Below are positions 59,964-64,000 of a stretch of 64,000 nucleotides of DNA, in pieces. Each line of letters starts with the position of its first letter. The stretch's first letter is position 1. The notes beneath the pieces are model-generated. The model did no database searches and had not been told where the DNA came from. It saw only the letters and a list, made by a program, of their open reading frames with translations. This stretch comes from Angustibacter luteus (GTDB lineage Bacteria; Actinomycetota; Actinomycetes; Actinomycetales; Angustibacteraceae), in the NCBI RefSeq assembly GCF_039541115.1, contig NZ_BAABFP010000002.1, positions 1,178,001 to 1,242,000 of the forward strand, written 5' to 3'. The position numbers and the translations under genes are program-made.

Positions 59964-60779
59964 ATGACCGGACCCTCCCGCGTCGCGACGCCGCTGGTCG
60001 CCGTGGACGTCGTCGCCGCGGTCGACACGGTCGGCGGGCAGGTGCACGGGCTGCTCGACGGGCTGCGCAGCCAGGTGGCCTCGCGGTTCGACGGCCGCCG
60101 ACGTCCGACGCAGTCCGAGCTGGGCATCGACGACCTCGCCGCGGCCATGCTGCGGCTGCCCGACCTGCCGCTGGCCGGCGCGGGCTTCGTCGCCGCGCAG
60201 GACGCGCTGGCCGACGTCCCGTACTGGTTGCAGTGGTGGACGACCGACCCGGACGCCGCGCAGCCCGTCGTCCAGCGGCTCCAGGTGCAGACCGACCCGG
60301 CCGCCGAGGACTTCCGCGACTACACCGGCCTCGCCTGGTTCACCGGACCGCGGGACACCGGCGAGCCGTGCCTGACCGGCCCGTACGTGGACTACCTGTG
60401 CACCGACGAGTACACGCTGACGTTCACCCAGCCCGTCGAGACCGCGGTAGGACTGGTCGGCGTCGTCGGCGCCGACCTGTACGTGCGCGCGCTCGAGGCG
60501 CGGGTGCTGCCCGCGCTGGCCCGGCTCGACAGCCCGGCGGCCCTGGTGAACGCCACCGGGCGGGTCGTCACCGCGTCCGGCACCGGCTGGGTCACCGGCG
60601 ACCTGGTCCGCGACGTGCCCGTCAGCCGCTGGATGCGCGAGGGCACGGACGGCGACGACGCGTGGGAGCTGCACCGCTGCACCACCGTGCCGCTCGCCGT
60701 CCTGCAGGCCACCCCCCCCCTGACCTGCGACCCTGACCCCGCAGATGTTCCGCTATCCGGGGCCATCCGCGGGCCATAA
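59964..60779 (+). CDS. Stand-alone Cache/PDC sensor-domain protein (true stop may be 60723)
   Basis: DYTGLAWF, TGPYVDYLCTDEYTLT and GVVGAD dCache-type motifs. No TM or signal peptide. Confidence 0.78.
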   Translation: MTGPSRVATPLVAVDVVAAVDTVGGQVHGLLDGLRSQVASRFDGRRRPTQSELGIDDLAAAMLRLPDLPLAGAGFVAAQDALADVPYWLQWWTTDPDAAQPVVQRLQVQTDPAAEDFRDYTGLAWFTGPRDTGEPCLTGPYVDYLCTDEYTLTFTQPVETAVGLVGVVGADLYVRALEARVLPALARLDSPAALVNATGRVVTASGTGWVTGDLVRDVPVSRWMREGTDGDDAWELHRCTTVPLAVLQATPPLTCDPDPADVPLSGAIRGP

Positions 60780-60804
60780 CCCCCGATAGCGGGACATCTG
60801 CGGG
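60738..60804. repeat. Dispersed palindromic element, family C, copy 2
   Basis: CCCGCAGATGTTCCGCTATC ... GATAGCGGGACATCTGCGGG, 20-bp arms with one G-T pair. Confidence 0.7.
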
Positions 60805-60827
60805 AGCGGCGCGGTGAAGGTTGTGGG

Positions 60828-61199
60828 TCAGGTGAGGGGGAGGACGTCGGCCAGGTCGGCGCGATCGCCGCTGGCCAGGACGCGGGCGGTGGCCCGCGCG
60901 TCCGCCCAGGACAGCCTGCCGGTGGCCAGCGCGAGCCAGGTCTCGGCGTCCGTCTCGACGACGTTCGGCGGGGTGCCGCGAGTGTGCCGCGGACCGGCCA
61001 GGCACTGGGTGACCCCGAACGGCGGGACGCGGACCTCGACGGTGTGCCCGGGCGCCCGGGCGGCCAGCTCCTCGAGCGTGTACCGGACGGCGGTCGCCAC
61101 CGTCGGGCGGTCGACGTCACCGCCGTCGATGGCGCCGTCGAGCCACCGCCGGACGGCGGCCGCGCCGTCGAGCGGGTCGATGCGTCGTCGGGTGGCCAT
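60828..61199 (-). CDS. Sterol carrier family (bacterial SCP orthologue) protein
   Basis: APGHTVEVRVPPF..QC..GPRHTRGTPPNVVETD. Confidence 0.88.
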   Translation of the reverse strand: MATRRRIDPLDGAAAVRRWLDGAIDGGDVDRPTVATAVRYTLEELAARAPGHTVEVRVPPFGVTQCLAGPRHTRGTPPNVVETDAETWLALATGRLSWADARATARVLASGDRADLADVLPLT

Positions 61200-61256
61200 C
61201 CCCCGATGCTCGCACCCGCCGCCGACGACCGGAACGGTCCCGGCAGGATGGGGCCC

Positions 61257-62123
61257 ATGACGGCGCGCTTCGACGAGGTCACCGCGGTGACCCGCACCTC
61301 CCGCGAGCCCGACGGCGAGCCTGACGGGGAGCCCGGTCGGCTGGAGGCGACGATCGACCCGCAGTGGTCCATCGCCGGCCGGACGAACGGCGGGTACGTG
61401 CTGGCACTGATGGGACGGGCGGCGGTGCTCGGGGTGGCCGCCGAGCGCGAGGCCGCCGGGCGGCCGCCGCTACCGCATCCGATCGCCGCGAGCGCGACGT
61501 ACCTGTCCCCCGTCCCGGTCGGCCGCGTGCTGCTGGACGTCACGGTGCTCCGGGCCGGCCGCACGCAGTCGGCGACCCGGGTCACGCTGCGGACGCCGGA
61601 CGGCGAGCTGCGGGCCGAGGCGCTGGTGACCTGCGCCGAGCTGGCCACCGACTCCGAGCCGGTGCACGACGGCGTGCTGCCCGCCACCTTGCCGCCCATC
61701 GAGGGGTGCTTCCGGCTGCCCGTCGAGGGCCCGGGCTTCCAGGTGCCGATCATGGAGGTGCTGGACGAACGGCTGGACCCGGCCTGCCTGGGATGGGCGC
61801 AGGGCAAGCCGTCCGGGGTGGGCGAGCTGCGCGGCTACCTCAGCTTCGCGGACGGTCGCGCGATGGACCCGCTCGGCCTGCTGCTGGCGGTCGACTCGCT
61901 GCCGCCCGCCACGTTCGACGTCGGCCTGACCGGCTGGGTGCCGACGATGCAGCTGTCTGCCTGGGTGCGCGCCGTGCCCGCGCCCGGGCCGGTCGTCGTC
62001 CGCCAGCACGCCCGGTTGATCGAGGGGTCGCTGTTCGACGAGACCTGCGACATCTGGGACTCGCGCGGCCGGCTGGTCGCCACCGGGCACCAGCTGGCCG
62101 GGATCCGGGTGCCGCGGGCCTGA
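61257..62123 (+). CDS. Acyl-CoA thioesterase family (double hotdog fold) protein
   Basis: NGGY, LRAGR, VDSLPP, WVPTMQL and IWDSRGRLVA..Q. Confidence 0.88.
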   Translation: MTARFDEVTAVTRTSREPDGEPDGEPGRLEATIDPQWSIAGRTNGGYVLALMGRAAVLGVAAEREAAGRPPLPHPIAASATYLSPVPVGRVLLDVTVLRAGRTQSATRVTLRTPDGELRAEALVTCAELATDSEPVHDGVLPATLPPIEGCFRLPVEGPGFQVPIMEVLDERLDPACLGWAQGKPSGVGELRGYLSFADGRAMDPLGLLLAVDSLPPATFDVGLTGWVPTMQLSAWVRAVPAPGPVVVRQHARLIEGSLFDETCDIWDSRGRLVATGHQLAGIRVPRA

Positions 62124-62281
62124 GCGTCCGCCCAGCGAAACGGTTGGCGCGGGCGGGAACACCTGCGAGAGCCTGGATCTTGCACCTGGTGGACGACGTC
62201 GTCCGACCGCTTGGAAACCCCTGCCCGTCCCCGCCCCGTTGAGGGCCGCCCCGCCATGTCCTTGTTCGAGGAGCTCTCGCC

Positions 62282-63538
62282 GTGACGACCGCCTGCCCAC
62301 CCGACACCACGACCGCACCCGCGGTCGCCGCGCCGACCTCCCGCGTCGGCCGGCTCGGGGTGCCGATCGGGCTCGTCGTGGTGCTCGGCGCCCTGCAGGG
62401 CATCGGCCCGCTCTCGCTGGACACCTACCTCCCCGCGCTGCCCGACATCGCGCACGACCTGTCCGCCTCGACGTCGGCGACGCAGCTCACGCTGACCGCG
62501 ACGCTGGCCGGGCTGGCCGTGGGACAGCTGTTCTTCGGGCCGATGAGCGACCGGCTCGGACGTCGTCGTCCGCTCATCGTGGGTCTCGCGGTCTACGTGG
62601 TGGCGTCGCTGCTGTGCGCGGTCGCGCCGAACATCGGCCTGCTGATCGCCGGCCGCACGCTGCAGGGCTTCACGGCCGCGGCCGGGATGGTCAGCGCGAT
62701 GGCGATCGCCCGGGACGTCTCGAACGGCGCCGCGATGGCCCGACTGTTCGCGGCGCTGATGCTGGTGACCGGGGCGGCGCCGGTCATCGCTCCCGTGCTC
62801 GGTGGCCAGCTGCTGCTGGTCACGTCCTGGCGCGGCATCTTCGGGCTGCTGGCCGTGGCGGGCGTGCTGCTGCTGCTCACCGCGACGTTCCGGGTGCCTG
62901 AGACGCTGCCGGTCGAGCGGCGCCGGGTGGGCGGCTTCGGCGAGACCGTGTCCACGTTCCGCCGGTTGGTGCGCGACCCGGGGTTCCGGACCCCGCTGCT
63001 GGCGATGGTGCTGTCCTGCGCGGGTCTGTTCGGTTACCTGGCCGGCTCGCCGTTCCTGCTGCAGGACGTGCACGGGCTCTCGGCGCAGGCCTACAGCGCG
63101 CTGTTCGCGGTCAACACCATCGGCCTGACCGGGCTCAGCCAGCTCAGCGGACGGATCGTGCACCGCACGGGTCCGCGGGTGCTGCTGCTGGCCGGGACGT
63201 CGATCTGTGCCGTCGGCGGCCTGGGGCTGCTGGCCGCCACCCTGGCCGGTGCCGGGCTGCTGGCCATCGTGCCCGCGCTCTTCCTCGTGGTCTCGGGGAT
63301 GGGCTTCGTCTTCCCCAACGCCACCGCGCTCGCCCTCGCCGACCACGGCGACACGGCGGGTTCGGCGTCCGCGCTGCTCGGGACCGGTCAGTTCCTGGCC
63401 GGCGCGGTGGCCGCGCCGCTGGTCGGGCTCGGCCCGGACGCCTCGCTCACGATGGCCGTGGTGATCGCCGTCGTGACCGTGGCTTCCGTCGGCGCCGCGC
63501 TGTCCGGCAGCCGGCGCCGCGAGCTCGCGCTGGCCTGA
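62282..63538 (+). CDS. Bcr/CflA family MFS drug-efflux transporter
   Basis: SLDTYLPALP, GQLFFGPMSDRLGRRRP and AGSASALLG, with about 12 TM helices. Confidence 0.92.
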   Translation: MTTACPPDTTTAPAVAAPTSRVGRLGVPIGLVVVLGALQGIGPLSLDTYLPALPDIAHDLSASTSATQLTLTATLAGLAVGQLFFGPMSDRLGRRRPLIVGLAVYVVASLLCAVAPNIGLLIAGRTLQGFTAAAGMVSAMAIARDVSNGAAMARLFAALMLVTGAAPVIAPVLGGQLLLVTSWRGIFGLLAVAGVLLLLTATFRVPETLPVERRRVGGFGETVSTFRRLVRDPGFRTPLLAMVLSCAGLFGYLAGSPFLLQDVHGLSAQAYSALFAVNTIGLTGLSQLSGRIVHRTGPRVLLLAGTSICAVGGLGLLAATLAGAGLLAIVPALFLVVSGMGFVFPNATALALADHGDTAGSASALLGTGQFLAGAVAAPLVGLGPDASLTMAVVIAVVTVASVGAALSGSRRRELALA

Positions 63539-63567
63539 AGGGCTGGCACGGGTTCTCGTCGCGGGTT

Positions 63568-64000
63568 CTAGTCGCGGGTCCAGCCGGGCCCGGTGGGGAC
63601 GGGCGAGCCCACCTTGGTCGCCTCGGCGGCGCCGCGGGCCGCGGTGTCGGCACCCTCGTTCAGGACGTGGCCGACGTGCGCCTTGGTCCAGACCAGCTCG
63701 GTGGCGCTGCGGGTGGCCAGCAGCTCGACGACCGGCTTGATCAGGTCGACGTTCTTCACGTCCTGGCGGTCCTTGGTCTTCCAGCCGTTGCGCGCCCAGC
63801 CGCGGCACCAGGTGGTCGTGCACTGCAGCGCGTACTGGCTGTCCAGGAAGATCGTGACCCGGTCGTCCGGCCGGTGCGCGGTGGCCCGCAAGAACCGCAG
63901 CAGGGCCATCAGCTCCATCCGGTTGTTCGTGTCCACCCCGCCCTCGGGTGACCCGGCCGCCCAGCAGTCCGGCCCCAGGTACCAGCCCCAGCCGGCGAAC
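63568..64000 (-). CDS. rnhA: Ribonuclease HI (5' end beyond the window)
   Basis: GWGWY, TNNRMELMA, DSQY, WARNGWKT..VKNVDL and WTKAHVGHVLNEGAD. Confidence 0.92.
   Translation of the reverse strand, partial: FAGWGWYLGPDCWAAGSPEGGVDTNNRMELMALLRFLRATAHRPDDRVTIFLDSQYALQCTTTWCRGWARNGWKTKDRQDVKNVDLIKPVVELLATRSATELVWTKAHVGHVLNEGADTAARGAAEATKVGSPVPTGPGWTRD

Noticed and set aside
62180..62242. Short TTG-start ORF (LHLVDDVVRPLGNPCPSPPR) as a leader peptide for the MFS exporter
   Set aside because: No clear promoter, ribosome-binding site or attenuator structure supports it.

Overview
A 64 kb window from a very high-GC actinomycete chromosome, judged from Lsr2, BldC, DUF3073 and the Streptomyces-like gene order. 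The genus cannot be fixed from the sequence alone. Two conserved core blocks are present: lsr2-lysS-nadC-nadB-panC-DUF2520-MidA-bPH_2 pair-orphan nuoD (about 6.3-19.8 kb) and bldC-hypothetical-vdh-DUF3073-purM-purF ... sterol-carrier-like gene (about 46.7-61.2 kb). Between and inside them lie accessory genes: an SDR, an APH-like kinase, an FG-GAP protein, an S53 sedolisin, a P450, osmoprotectant, alpha-glucoside and polyamine ABC transporters, a UbiA prenyltransferase, MMPL with a two-component system, a PP2C phosphatase, a Na+/H+ antiporter, a heparinase II/III-like protein, an MFS exporter and RNase H. No rRNA, tRNA, CRISPR array, transposase or integrase was seen. There is one 134-nt N gap inside lysS. 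The best candidate for an undescribed system is at 32.9-36.4 kb: a translationally coupled pair encoding a divergent AdoMet-decarboxylase-family proenzyme and a LuxI/FeeM-like acyltransferase that lacks two canonical arginines, overlapping tail-to-tail with a membrane-bound GGDEF-EAL protein. This could be an N-acyl-amine signal synthase linked to c-di-GMP. Other points of interest are a circularly permuted osmoprotectant-binding protein, three families of dispersed palindromic intergenic repeats, two small membrane proteins missing from the ORF track, and widespread apparently leaderless gene starts. All family assignments come from motif recognition by eye, not from database searches.
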